A stretch of DNA of 64,000 nt, taken from assembly GCA_964016885.1 (NCBI GenBank), contig OZ024747.1:73718001-73782000 (forward strand). Reading direction: 5' to 3'. The number at the start of each line of letters is the position of its first letter. Position 1 is the stretch's first letter. Made by a program: the position numbers and the translations under genes. Positions 1 through 13,005 of this stretch are shown here, in pieces. This DNA comes from Eledone cirrhosa (lineage: Eukaryota). The notes below the pieces were generated by a model, which saw only the letters and a program-made list of their open reading frames with translations, searched no databases and was not told the DNA's origin.

Positions 1-315
1 TGATATATAATATGCTTTCAGAATCTTCCTTCAATGTCCACTAACACGGGTAGCTAGTAGATTGGTAGGGTAATATTTATGATACTATAGTTTACTGAAA
101 GTATTGTATATGTGATAAGCTAAATGAAAACTCTGCTGGCAGCTAAAGTCGAATATCTTTTTCTTCATTCACACGAGTTGTCTTATGTTCAGATTTCTAA
201 TTGACATCACATCTATTGCAGTACAATTACTGTCTGCATGGATTCCGAATGATAAAATATAATGTCTGTACAATGTGTGTGTGTTTGTGTGTGCGTAATT
301 CATAATTAATTTCGC

Positions 316-366
<51 letters not shown>

Positions 367-552
367 AATATATCTACATGGAATACTAAATTACATTAAC
401 GAATATGTAAATGAGAAAATATATTTAAGTTTAGAAACACTTCCATAATACTGATTAGAATTACTCAAGTATATGAACATATGAATATGCACACACACAC
501 ACATATATATACATATATATATATACATATAAATACAACACTACGGAAAATA

Positions 553-741
<189 letters not shown>

Positions 742-1046
742 GTCGTATATGCATATATACATATCTGCTGATATACAGAATTTTATTAATTTGATATTAA
801 GCCATTAAGCCTGTCATATACTTTAATGTTTGTCACGTTTATTGAAATATACTCATTTTCCTAAGCATAATAGTAAAAACACTATGCAATACTTTCTCAA
901 TCGGGAGCTAACATCTTGAGAGTTAATTATCATTAAATTTTATTATAGGATAAAGATTTTTCAAAGAAATTGAATTCTCTATTCACTGGAAAAAGGTAGT
1001 GTTAGCGTGACCTATTACCAATTTTGGAAGAGAGAAAATGCGATTA

Positions 1047-1208
1047 AATATACCGCAGTGTATTACTGGTATTTTATTTTTTCATCTCAGCAAGGATGAA
1101 AGGCGAAGCTAACCACGTCGGGATTTGAACTTAGAATGTAAAGAGCGTAACTCTATGCCATAAAGCATGTTGTCTGACGCTCTACCAATACTGCCATTCC
1201 ACTGTCCT
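1047..1208 (-). mobile_element. tRNA-derived SINE (Nin-domain type), diverged
   Basis: Reverse complement of family motifs: ggatgaaaggc, gggatttgaac (B box), ctctaccaatactgcca (A box region). Confidence 0.8.
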
Positions 1209-1277
1209 ATTAGATGATACTACAGCATGAGCGTCACTAATGCTGAAAAATAAGAGGTCATTATATAGGTCTGTATA

Positions 1278-1495
1278 GGCCGGTGGTTTGACAAAGTCGT
1301 TAGAGCGTCGGACGACATGTTTCCGGCATTTAGTTACTTCCCTTTACGTTCTGAGTTCAAATCTCTTCGAGATTAGGTCTGCCTTTCATCCTTACGGGCT
1401 TGATAAAATAAAGTACCAGTAATGCACTGGTGTAGATTTAATAGACACTCCCCTTCCCCAAATATTGTTAGCTTTGTGCCAAAATCCGAAACGAT
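1278..1495 (+). mobile_element. tRNA-derived SINE (Nin-domain type)
   Basis: Head ggccggtgg...gttagagcgtcgga, B box gagttcaaatc, gcctttcatccttacggg..gataaaataaagtaccag, 3' tgtgccaaaat. Confidence 0.85.
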
Positions 1496-2061
1496 TATAT
1501 AAGTCTCTTTCTGATATATAACAGATGTCATTTTATGTTGGTATAATTACACTAGGATTCTGTTGAATAAGGTCTTGTGTATATACTGAGCTAGATGTGA
1601 ATTTGAAAGTGTGCATGTGAAAACTAATAACACAACTAAACATTATTTATATCTGCTTCAATCAGAAAAAAGATAAACCTGAATCGAACATCAACACAGA
1701 ATCACTAAGGCTACAAACCAATATTACTACGAACAAAATATTTCCCGCATCAATATCACAATATTTTGACTCTCATCAACTCAAAGTCGATAAAATGTAC
1801 CAGTCTAGTACTGGGTTCGATTCTTCCTCTAATATATCTTTCTAACATCCATTCTCTCACTTTCTATTTCCTTCTCTGGAAGAAATTTGCCGAATTCAGA
1901 CCTGGTGAGGATTGGGCTCCACCAGGTTTTTAAATACCCGTGAAACACCGTATATACGGAACCTCTACAACTCCCGTAAGTGTTTCGGGACCATGCATAC
2001 ATCCTACCAGATACATCGCCACTAGCCTAGTTCACACTGTCTTTCTCTCTTTGTCATTATT

Positions 2062-2245
2062 GTGAATTGGCAGTATCGGTAGAGGGTTGGATGCCATGCT
2101 TTCTAGCATAGTTACGTCCCTTTACAGTCTGTGTTCAAATCCCGCCGAGGTTAACTTTACCTTTCATCCTTACGGGGTCGATAAAATAAAGAACCAGTAA
2201 TGTACTGTGTATTTGCTGGCCTTGTGCCTAAAGTAGAAACAATTA
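2062..2245 (+). mobile_element. tRNA-derived SINE (Nin-domain type)
   Basis: ttggcagtatcggtagag, gttcaaatcccgccgagg, ctttcatccttacggggtcgataaaat, gctggccttgtgcctaaagtagaaacaatt. Confidence 0.9.
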
Positions 2246-2898
2246 TTACTATCTACACTCTCTACTGATTCTGTGTGCTCTACATCCAATATACTCTAGC
2301 ATCTTCAAAATATTTTCTTCAGGAATATTTTCTTGCATACACTGTACAGTTAACCAATCCAATCAATGTGATGTATTTCATTATATTGATATATTTGTAT
2401 GGGGGTTACTATAATCCCGTATCGGATATCTATTAAATTACTGACACTCTGCAGAAATGGACATGCCACAGACACCTCTAAACTTATTTTCACTAAGCAA
2501 AAACACATGACACACCCAGATAATTCTCTAGTTTCACAATCATTTTAACAGCTTCCCAACAACACAAACAATACCACATATCTATAAATTTTAAACATCT
2601 TCTTTCATCTTTATATTATGTTATATACGTACACATACATAAATGCATATTATTGTACACATAAACACACACATGCACACATATATGCCATACGTATATA
2701 TTATATTATATCTATATAGACACATACATAAATGCACAGTATCGCACATCCACACATACATGCACACAAATGTTTATATTATACTATATACATAGGCACA
2801 CATACAATGCATAGAATCCATACATAGTCACAAAAACATGCTTATATGAACACATGCATATTCACATAGAGACACACATATACATATACACATATACG

Positions 2899-2952
<54 letters not shown>

Positions 2953-3096
2953 CTTAATCAAATAAATTCTCTTCTACGTGAGTTTTACTGTAGGACTGAA
3001 CGTGATGTTTCCCCGGGGTAAGTTTCTTTGCTCTCAAACCACTTAGTTCTGTCTTGCGAATTAATCACCTCCCACGAATCCTCTCCCTACCCTTAC

Positions 3097-3187
<91 letters not shown>

Positions 3188-3192
<5 letters not shown>

Positions 3193-3718
3193 GGAAAAAA
3201 TGAAACGATATTTCATTTCCCACTCTTAGTACGGCTGTTACTTAAATATATGTACACGTACATACATATATGTATACATACGTACAGTAGTATGTATATA
3301 TATATACATACATGCACACATATATATATGCACGTATGGATTCACCGAACTTTTATTATAATGCTCGGTGTGTTTGTAAACAAACATCCCGTATTAAGCC
3401 GTAGTGTCTAGCAACCACCGTTGCTCATTTGTTCAACACTGACAAAGGAACGCTGTACTAGTTTCAAGCTTGTTAGCTATCGTCAGCAACGTATACCTTC
3501 CTGCCAGATTGTGAACGTATATACTTACCTTATGCATATTAACGGCTGAGTAGCCCAATTTGCATATCGAGCGGGTTAATCGGCCGGGTGCACCGAAAAC
3601 GATAAACGGAAAAAATGAAACGATATTTCATTTCCCACTCTTAGTACGGCTGTTACTTAAATATAAGTATGTACACGTACATACATATATGTATACAGAC
3701 GTACAGTAGTATGTATAT
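3188..3718 (-). mobile_element. Retrozyme-like non-autonomous element: ~415-bp unit with ~112-bp terminal direct repeat and a hammerhead
   Basis: 3188-3299 repeated at 3603-3718; hammerhead between the repeats; abuts (TA)n. Confidence 0.7.
3450..3492 (-). ncRNA. Minimal type-I hammerhead ribozyme
   Basis: Minus strand: ACGTTG-CTGACGA-tAGCTaacaAGCTt-GAAA-CTAG-TA-CAGCGT. Stem I pairs, stem III is palindromic, GUA cleavage triplet. Confidence 0.85.
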
Positions 3719-3843
3719 CTATTCATAAGTCAATAGGATCAACTAAAAAATCAATAAAATTAACTGATCAATAGCTAAAGACTGGAGATAAATACATATA
3801 TATATATATATATATAATGATATATATATATAATGATATATAA

Positions 3844-3910
<67 letters not shown>

Positions 3911-4174
3911 TAATGATATATATATAGAGAGAGAGAGAGAGAATTTAGTATATCTACTAACATATGCGTACAGATGTACGCTAATGCTAGCAAATACACA
4001 GGTTATGTCATAGTACCTAGGTGGTTCAATGCAGGAGGATGCATAACAATAATATAAAAGACGGAAAATAAGAAAATTTTAAGATAAATTTAAAAAAATT
4101 AACTTATTTACTAAAGATTTTAGTAAGTAAGTTAATTTTTTAAAATTTTTTTAAATTTTCTTATTTTACCTCTT

Positions 4175-4242
<68 letters not shown>

Positions 4243-4331
4243 GATATATATATATATATATGATATATATATATATATATATATATGATATATATATATA
4301 TATATATATGATGTATATATATATATATATA

Positions 4332-4415
<84 letters not shown>

Positions 4416-4448
4416 ATAAATGGAAAACTATATTTATAAAACCATATT

Positions 4449-4514
4449 TATTTCATTATATATATTTCGGGGATATCATATTAACAATATGCTATGCCTT
4501 CATCAGACAAAATA
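4449..4514 (-). ncRNA. Type-I hammerhead ribozyme (family A)
   Basis: Exact reverse complement of 4669-4734. Confidence 0.75.
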
Positions 4515-4668
4515 CAATATAAACAGTTTTATAGATAAATATATTCGACATACCGTAATAAACATCAACTTCATTTGAAGAGGTTTACGCTAGCGTAAAC
4601 CTCTTCAAATGAAGTTGATGTTTATTACGGTATGTCGAATATATTTATCTATAAAACTGTTTATATTG

Positions 4669-4734
4669 TATTTTGTCTGATGAAGGCATAGCATATTGTT
4701 AATATGATATCCCCGAAATATATATAATGAAATA
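4669..4734 (+). ncRNA. Type-I hammerhead ribozyme (family A)
   Basis: tattttgt-CTGATGA-aggcatagCATATTgttAATATGatatcccc-GAAA-TATATA-TA-atgaaata. Confidence 0.75.
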
Positions 4735-4767
4735 AATATGGTTTTATAAATATAGTTTTCCATTTAT

Positions 4768-4846
<79 letters not shown>

Positions 4847-4938
4847 TCATATATATATATATATATACATCATATATATATATATATATATATCATATAT
4901 ATATATATATATATATATCATATATATATATATATATC

Positions 4939-5024
<86 letters not shown>

Positions 5025-5032
<8 letters not shown>

Positions 5033-5479
5033 ATAAATGGAAAACTATATTTATAAAACCATATTTATTTCATTATATATATTTCGGGGATATCATATTA
5101 ACAATATGCTATGCCTTCATCAGACAAAATACAATATAAACAGTTTTATAGATAAATATATTCGACATACCGTAATAAACATCAACTTCATTTGAAGAGG
5201 TTTACGCTAGCGTAAACCTCTTCAAATGAAGTTGATGTTTATTACGGTATGTCGAATATATTTATCTATAAAACTGTTTATATTGTATTTTGTCTGATGA
5301 AGGCATAGCATATTGTTAATATGATATCCCCGAAATATATATAATGAAATAAATATGGTTTTATAAATATAGTTTTCCATTTATTTAATATTGTAAATAT
5401 ACTCCAAATATTTGTCGAGTGCTTTTATATCAGTTATAAATATTTACTAGTTGTAACCCAACAATTTTAAATATAACTT

Positions 5480-5482
<3 letters not shown>
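5025..5482 (+). mobile_element. Family-A PLE-type 3' terminal fragment with 5' fold-back (centre 5208/5209)
   Basis: Palindrome 5025-5392 identical to 4408-4775; right arm continues to the family 3' end shared with 25960-26053; hammerheads at 5066-5131(-) and 5286-5351(+). Confidence 0.8.
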
Positions 5483-5561
<79 letters not shown>

Positions 5562-5585
5562 ATATATATATCTGATATATATATA

Positions 5586-5624
<39 letters not shown>

Positions 5625-5638
5625 GATATATATATCTG

Positions 5639-5734
<96 letters not shown>

Positions 5735-5869
5735 ATATATAATGTAGGAGGTGAGTTTTATTGTAGTACAATAAAGCAATGCAGATATCGGATAATAAGC
5801 ACTCTACAGTTTGTAGGACTGGAGTATACATACTATATAAGAACAAAAGATGGTTAAAAGAGTTCCATG

Positions 5870-5940
5870 TATTTTATTATGCGCATTTCAAAAACAAACA
5901 TCATCATGCAATAATATTTGTGTTTTCATCAGATAAAACA
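5870..5940 (-). ncRNA. Type-I hammerhead ribozyme (family B)
   Basis: Reverse complement of 7711-7781. Confidence 0.85.
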
Positions 5941-6792
5941 TGAAGACATGATATGAAGGTTAAAAACACTTGTGGGTAGTTCAGTTTTAAATCAACATAT
6001 GAGAAGTAGTTTTAGATTGATGTGTGATATTGGGAAAAATATTTTATTTAGAGGGGGGGTTGGAAAGGATGAAAAAGAGGAGGAGATGAGAGTAAAAAGT
6101 GGAGAGGGAGGAGTATAATGAGGAAGGATGAGATAGGAGGAGAGATGGGTGATAGAGAGAGATAGCTTTTATAACTGAGAAAGATATATTGTTTTACATA
6201 GAGAGGTTGAAAACCGTTGGAAGATAATGAATAAATTAAAAGAATTTGAAAATTAACGAAGAGAAAAATAATGTAAAGTTAAGGTTTGTATATTGAGGGG
6301 TTTGATAATATGTGCGATGAAAAAAGAAAATGTTAATATGTATTGAGAATAATGTTTAAGGGTTTAATAATATGTGCGATGTTAAGAAGATGTTGATATG
6401 TATTATTAAAAGGAACAACAGGTTATTTAAGTAAGGAAATATTGTGAGATGAATGAGTTAGATGAAAGGGAGAAAAGAATAATGAATTGCGGATGAATAA
6501 TCTAACGTCAAAAAAATATATATGTTTACGAAGGATTTTTACAAGGTGATATAGAGTAAGAATGTATTGTATTATGTAATAATTGATTCTATGTTAGGCA
6601 AGAGTGAGAAAAGGTACAGATTAGTGGTTAGACATTAAAAGAAGAAGAGAAGAATGAGTAACAAGTATTATAGAATGTATAATAACCTTTGAAATAAGGT
6701 AGAAAGATGGGTATATTTTTAAAAGAAGTGTATATATATATATATATATGTGCCTTTGAGAAAAATATTCTAAATTGATAAAGAATTGAATA

Positions 6793-7240
6793 TTAGCTGT
6801 ATACTTTGTGAAATGTTTTATGGAATTTATGCAAGCAGATAGAAAACAAGTCAGTGCGTCTATTTATTATAGAATCTAAATTAGAAATAATGGTAAATTT
6901 TTCATTTAGGCACAGTTTGCAAATTTTGGATAGAGAACTGTTCAAGTATAAAGACGCAGAAGAAACCTTCTTCCAAAAGATGCTATATTTAATATTTTTG
7001 TCTTTCAAGGACCATATGAGTTCTGAGAGAGCCGTGTTGGTTCTTTTAAGTTTGTATTTAAAAGATGAATGATGTTTATAAAGACGAGCTTTAAAAGAGG
7101 TGGAAGTGGAGCCAAAATAGGTGAAGGATTGGTCTCAGTTATAACCTTACATTCGTAAATTAAGTTTTTATGAAGACAATGGTTGTTGAGAGGACATTTA
7201 TTTTTAATAGGGCAATTGCAATTGCGATTAGAGAGATTAT
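6793..7240 (-). pseudogene. Frameshifted PLE GIY-YIG endonuclease
   Basis: Reads CNCPIKNKCPLNNHCLHKNLIYECKV/(frameshift near 7130)/TYFGSTSTSFKARLYKHHSSF..TALSELIWSLK..CKLCLNEK..INRRTDLFSICLH; homologous to the 9610 ORF. Confidence 0.9.
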
Positions 7241-7710
7241 TTTGGCTCCACTTCCATCTCTTTTAAAGCTCGTCTTTTCTCCCCTTCATCTAACTCATTA
7301 TTCTCAATACATATTAACTCTTTCTTTTTCTTCGCACATATTATCAAACCCCTCAATATACAAACCTTAACTTTACATTATTGTTCTCTTCGTTAATTTT
7401 CAAATTCTTTTAATTTATACATTATCTTCCAACGGTTTTCAACCTCTCTATGTAAAACAATATATCTTTCTCAGTTATAAAAGCTATCTCTCTCTCTCTA
7501 TCACCCATCTCTTTTCCTATCTCATCCTTCCTCATTATAATCCTCCCTCTCCACCTTCACTCTCATCTCCTCCTTTCTTTCAACTTTGCCACCCCCCTCT
7601 AAATAAAATATCTTATCCAATATTACACATCAATCTAAAACCACTTCTCATATGTTGATTTAAAACTGAACTATCCACAAGTGTTTTTTAACCTTCATAT
7701 CATGTCCTCC

Positions 7711-7781
7711 TGTTTTATCTGATGAAAACACAAATATTATTGCATGATGATGTTTGTTTTTGAAATGCGCATAATAAAATA
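7711..7781 (+). ncRNA. Type-I hammerhead ribozyme (family B)
   Basis: TGTTTTAT-CTGATGA-(16-position stem II aaacacaaatattatt/gatgatgtttgttttt, loop gcat)-GAAA-TGCGCA-TA-ATAAAATA. Confidence 0.88.
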
Positions 7782-7811
7782 CATGGAACTCTTTTAACCA
7801 TCTTTTGTTCT

Positions 7812-7887
<76 letters not shown>

Positions 7888-7911
7888 TATATGTATATAT
7901 ATATCTATCTA

Positions 7912-7962
<51 letters not shown>

Positions 7963-8113
7963 TATATGTATATATATATCTATATATATATATATCAGAT
8001 ATATGTATATATATATCTATATATATATATATATATATGATATATATATATATATATAATATATAAATATGATATATATATATATATATATATGATATAT
8101 ATATATATATATA

Positions 8114-8153
<40 letters not shown>

Positions 8154-8372
8154 TATATATATATATCATATATATATATATCAGATATATATATATATAT
8201 ATATCATATATATATATATATCATATATATATATATCAGATATATATATATATATATATATATATCATATATATATATATATATCATATATATATATATA
8301 TATTTATCATATATATATATATATATATATATCATATATATATATATATTTATCATATATATATATATATTT

Positions 8373-8423
<51 letters not shown>

Positions 8424-8489
8424 GATATTTCATATTGTACACGATTCAGTCTTCTGTTATACTTAGAAGTGAAAGGATTGCTAAGTTTT

Positions 8490-8569
8490 AACATCTACTG
8501 ATGAGCAGAAAGCTGGTGATTCCTTCGCTTAATAATTTGCGAAACAGTTCATATAACTGTCTATGTGTT
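8490..8569 (+). ncRNA. Type-I hammerhead ribozyme in a TA-flanked element (~8421-8745)
   Basis: aacatcta-CTGATGA-GCAGA..TTTGC-GAAA-CAGTTcatatAACTG-TC-tatgtgtt; full stem III, GUC triplet. Confidence 0.8.
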
Positions 8570-8741
8570 TCAGGCAGTTGTCCAATATAGGTTTGTTCTT
8601 CTTTTTCTTGATTTATTAATTTAAATTAAGTCTGGCAAACCATATTGTTATAGTTAGTATTTTTTTCACCCAAGTGAACCTGGTCGTTTACAATTCGAAC
8701 ACATGTATGTTTATATTTGTGTTTATCTCTCTTGTATATTC

Positions 8742-8797
<56 letters not shown>

Positions 8798-8800
<3 letters not shown>

Positions 8801-8981
8801 AACGAGTAGGACCCAGACGGCTGAGCTCAAGCCGTTTCGACGGCTAATTCTGAATTAGCCGTCGAAACGGCTTAAGCTCAGCTGTCGGGTCCTACTCGTT
8901 CCTATTACCCACTCTACTACCCTAAGTATTGAGTACTTTGGTGTATTATGGTCCATCTGGTTCCTTACCACATTCCCTTCG

Positions 8982-8983
<2 letters not shown>
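8798..8983 (+). mobile_element. Family-F TA-inserted fold-back element
   Basis: Palindrome 8798-8905 (apex 8851) plus a unique 3' tail; homologues at 35881, 37735, 55981 and 57504. Confidence 0.85.
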
Positions 8984-9033
<50 letters not shown>

Positions 9034-9609
9034 TGAATAAATTGGGTATAATACCAGTTTTTTTACCAAATGAAATGAACCTCCATATATTAACCCCTTA
9101 CGAAAGTGCACAGAGCATAATGTATTTAAATATCTCGTATATACTGTGGCGGGGGAAATGTAGGGGAATATGCCCTACCCCCTTCCAATAATTATATTTT
9201 TCTCCCCAGACTACCAAAACAAACATCTACTGGTCTATGCGCTACAATATATGTACAATTTATGTACATGTTTATCGCATATCTAAGTTTTCTGGTCATT
9301 TTAGAGTTCAAAGAGTTAAACCTATCAATGTAACTGTCCAAACTTGCCCCTCCTCCATTAAGAAATGCATCTGCTGTTTCTGTATTGTACTTCTGCTTAG
9401 GATAGCAAATAATACTCAAGTTAGAATATATACACACATATACACACATTTGATTATAATAAATGAATATATATATATTTATTTATTCATGTGTGAGGTG
9501 GGTAGATACAGAATAGATAATAATACTCAGGCTATAACTCACACTCATTATATATATATATATATATATACATAAGGATATATCATATATACATAAGGAC
9601 TCTCAAACC

Positions 9610-10701
9610 ATGAGTGTGAAACCTACCAACATAATCACACATAGTATGGCCACAAAGCCTAACCAACTTAGAGGCAAGAATAATAGTAAGAACCCTAATG
9701 GCGGTAACCCAGCTAAATGTAAACCACGTAAAGACAATACTAGAGTCCCTCACCACAACTCTAAAACAGTAAATGATCATGCCATGAATATAAACCATCC
9801 GGGCTTAAGCAAAACAGACAACGCCACTAACGTTAATAACGGAACCCTACAAAATAGTACGCACAGTAGCGAGACTCACCCCACAGATAAGAAAAATAGA
9901 AGAAGGAAAAACATGTATTTTAACCCACCTTTTAACTCTGAGGTCCTCACTAACCTCCCCAGAGTATTCTTCTCATTATTGGAAAAAAACTTCCCACCAG
10001 GCAATAGATATCGCAACATAATTAACAAAAACGTAATTAAATTATCCTATTCGATCACACCTAACCTCGCATCACACCTAGTACGCACGAACATTAGGAA
10101 AACTAGGGAAGGCTTCGAAGCAATTAAAATAGCAGTTAACCAGCAGCAACCGACTACACTGGAAAATGGGCAACATAATAGCATCAATGAGCCATCTAAT
10201 GATATAGAGGCACCTAGTGATAATGCTAGTAACCAAACTTCGGGAGGTACGCTAACTAATCGAACCCGCAGTTGCAATTGTAGGCGGAGTAGTAACTGTC
10301 CCCTAAGGTGGGACTGCCTCATGAAAAACATAGTATATGCATGTGACGTAACCACACACAACTCTACCAAAACATATATAGGAGCAACGTCCAATACATT
10401 TAAAACTAGATTTAACGCGCATATGTACACATTTAGACCAGATAGACATAAGAATGCCACCTCACTGGCGGTATACATCTCCTTTTTAAAAAATAATAGT
10501 ACCCCATACAAACTTTTTTGGAGGAAGCTTACTAGATCCACGCCATACCGACCGCAGAGCGGAAGTTGTGACCTGTGTTTACTGGAATGCCATGCTATAA
10601 TACACTCTAAACTGAGCCTGCTTAACAGGAAATCGGAAATTTTCTCCTCTTGTCAACACAAAATCCTGAGTTCCTTCTTCTATTTTAAACCTAGCACATA
10701 G
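9610..10701 (+). CDS. PLE-type GIY-YIG endonuclease with post-thumb region and Cys/His motifs (Naiad-like), no RT
   Basis: Uninterrupted 363 aa: RKNMYFNPPFN..KLSYS, CNCRRSSNCPL..C, IVYACDV..TYIGAT..FKTRFNAH, CDLCLLE, LLNRKSE..CQH. Confidence 0.9.
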   Translation: MSVKPTNIITHSMATKPNQLRGKNNSKNPNGGNPAKCKPRKDNTRVPHHNSKTVNDHAMNINHPGLSKTDNATNVNNGTLQNSTHSSETHPTDKKNRRRKNMYFNPPFNSEVLTNLPRVFFSLLEKNFPPGNRYRNIINKNVIKLSYSITPNLASHLVRTNIRKTREGFEAIKIAVNQQQPTTLENGQHNSINEPSNDIEAPSDNASNQTSGGTLTNRTRSCNCRRSSNCPLRWDCLMKNIVYACDVTTHNSTKTYIGATSNTFKTRFNAHMYTFRPDRHKNATSLAVYISFLKNNSTPYKLFWRKLTRSTPYRPQSGSCDLCLLECHAIIHSKLSLLNRKSEIFSSCQHKILSSFFYFKPST

Positions 10702-11443
10702 ACGTAACATATATCACGCAACCCCCACCTAGACTATAGCTTCCACCCATTTCCCCCCCCAACCCGTAAGCCAGATAGATAGGTACCCTAAGGGTGGTAC
10801 AGTCCCCTACAAGGTTGGTGTTTTTGCGTGTGTGTGTGTGTGTGTGTGTATTCTCCTTTACTCTCTCACACGCACACCCACACAGACATATGTGTGGGTG
10901 TGCGTGCGTGTGTGCATGCATGCATGCATGCATGTGTGCGTGCATTGTATGCATGTATATTGTATATATATGTATATATATGTATATTGTATGCATGCGT
11001 ATTATATTGTGCGTATGTGTATATTTGACATGTATGTGAATATGTGTATGTATGCGTATGAGTGTGTATGTGTATGTGTAAGTGTATGATGTGTGTATGT
11101 ATGTGTATATGTATGTATACTTTTCTGTAGAAATTCTCTCTATATGTGGTGTGTGGCACGAATTCCTCCTATAATACTCTTCTCTGAGAGGAGCACGATA
11201 TGCAGAGTAACACATATGTATTGTGGAAGTTGAAACTGAGAACCACCACCCCTCCTGCTGACCCAAATGTTTACTGAGGACCAGAACACCATTCTCCGCA
11301 ATATAAGAGCGAAATGCGCTTGCCGGACTATTGATGACCATAACATCACATTCCAAGGTAATGGCAAAACACAGTGAATGCTATGCACGACCAGAACACC
11401 ACAGCATGCACATCCGAGCAGCACAGATATAATATCAATAGAG

Positions 11444-11758
11444 GAATCAACTGAATTTTTTGAGTTGAAATACATATGGATATGTGTCTGTGTGTATCGG
11501 ACACACGTACACATAAAGATGCTGCTGACCTAAATATACCTGTCATGCCTGTCTGAATTCCTAAGGGAATTGTCGGCCAGTTGCTGTCTTGACCGATTGG
11601 AGTACCAGTGGGTGAATCAATTGAGTTTTTTTTAGTTGAAATACATATAAATATGTGTCTGTGTGTGTCGGACACACGTACACATAAAGAAGCTGCCGAC
11701 CTAAATGTGCCTGTGATGCCTGTCTGAATTTTCGGTCAGTTGCTGACTTGACCGATTA
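11444..11758 (+). repeat. Tandem duplication, 170-bp period
   Basis: gaatcaa..gttgaaatacatat..ggacacacgtacacataaaga..ttgaccgatt at 11444 and 11614. Confidence 0.9.
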
Positions 11759-12960
11759 ACCCCACAATTACTACGTAGCGGTTCTTGCACGTGACTGCTG
11801 GACCAGGATGAAACGAAGACGAAGAATTTCCTTGCGTACCGTTTTGTACCACAGATGCGATCTCACCCTGCCTCGTTAATGTTCTATCGACACCAAAGTT
11901 CAACGTTCGGGCGAATATAATTGAATCCAACCACCAACAACATAGCTGGATGACCGATAATCACACCAAACCGGAGTACTGTGATCCTTGTGATTTCCAG
12001 ATACACAACCACTAACACTGTTACGAAGACCAGAAAACCATACTCCATAATATTGAACAAAGTGATTGATTTGTGCGACCAAAATAACACCACACACATA
12101 TTGAACTAGGAATATTGGATCCTCCGTCAATGTCCGGGTGAGCAAAAAATTAGATTTCTATCTGCATTGGAATCTACGAACTTGTGCATCTGCTGTGGTG
12201 TCAAAAACAAACGCGCATGACCGCACAGATAAACAATGGACCATGCCACGTGGCTTGAACCTGTAAGTGAATTGAAGGTTCTGCAACTCTGATACACAGA
12301 TTATTTATTATTAAGATGTATAAACTTGACATAACTATTATCATATTATATTCTCTCAACTAATCACACTTGATCATATTTCTCTATTTCTCTATCCCGT
12401 TTTCTCCCCCCATAATTATTATATTTTTTATTATTATTTGAAAAAATCGGTTTTTTTACATTGTGTTTTCCCCTCCAAATATTCGCTTATATTTCTTTAT
12501 ATATTCTCTATATATTTTTTTATCTTTATTATTTCCACTTTTATCCTCCTTTATATTTTACCTTATTCTTACTTTTATACCTTATTATAATGTAATCTTC
12601 CCCATGCCTTATTATACACTATTAATTATAGATTATTATTATTACTCTTTTTCCATTTCTAATTACCTCATGTACTTTCTCCTCCGCTATATATATATAT
12701 ATATTGTATGCCATTTGTGTTTGTGTAGCCTCTGCGCACCCTCTGCACCATACTATCGACGCCACCCCATCTATGGTTCAGCTAACCACCCGACTCCCGG
12801 GAATGAATATGACCGCAGCTAGTAAACAAGGACCCACACCCCACCCTCCCGCACCAAAATTAGACTTATCGTCCCCTACTTTTGCTCTTTACTCTCTTTA
12901 CTCTTTGTTCTTGAATGTTTGGTTGGTAGAGTCCATAACACCAATCAAACCCCTTTTATA

Positions 12961-13005
12961 GCTCTGACGAATCCTACGGTTACGTTAGGAAGAAACATTG
13001 TAAGC
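12961..13005 (+). ncRNA. Minimal type-I hammerhead at PLE 3' end
   Basis: GCT-CTGACGA-aTCCTAcggttacgtTAGGAa-GAAA-CAtTG-TA-AGC. Confidence 0.7.

Larger units (their letters stand above)
4408..4775. repeat. Perfect palindrome of family-A PLE-type terminal repeat (centre 4591/4592)
   Basis: Arms are exact reverse complements around ...tttacgct|agcgtaaa... Confidence 0.95.
5741..7815 (-). mobile_element. 5'-truncated Penelope-like element with inverted terminal repeat (family B)
   Basis: GIY-YIG remnant, 3' UTR with hammerhead, 7296-7815 is an inverted copy of 5834-6354, flanked by (TA)n. Confidence 0.9.

Noticed and set aside
10047-10541. 164-aa minus-strand ORF
   Set aside because: Antisense shadow of the GIY-YIG ORF
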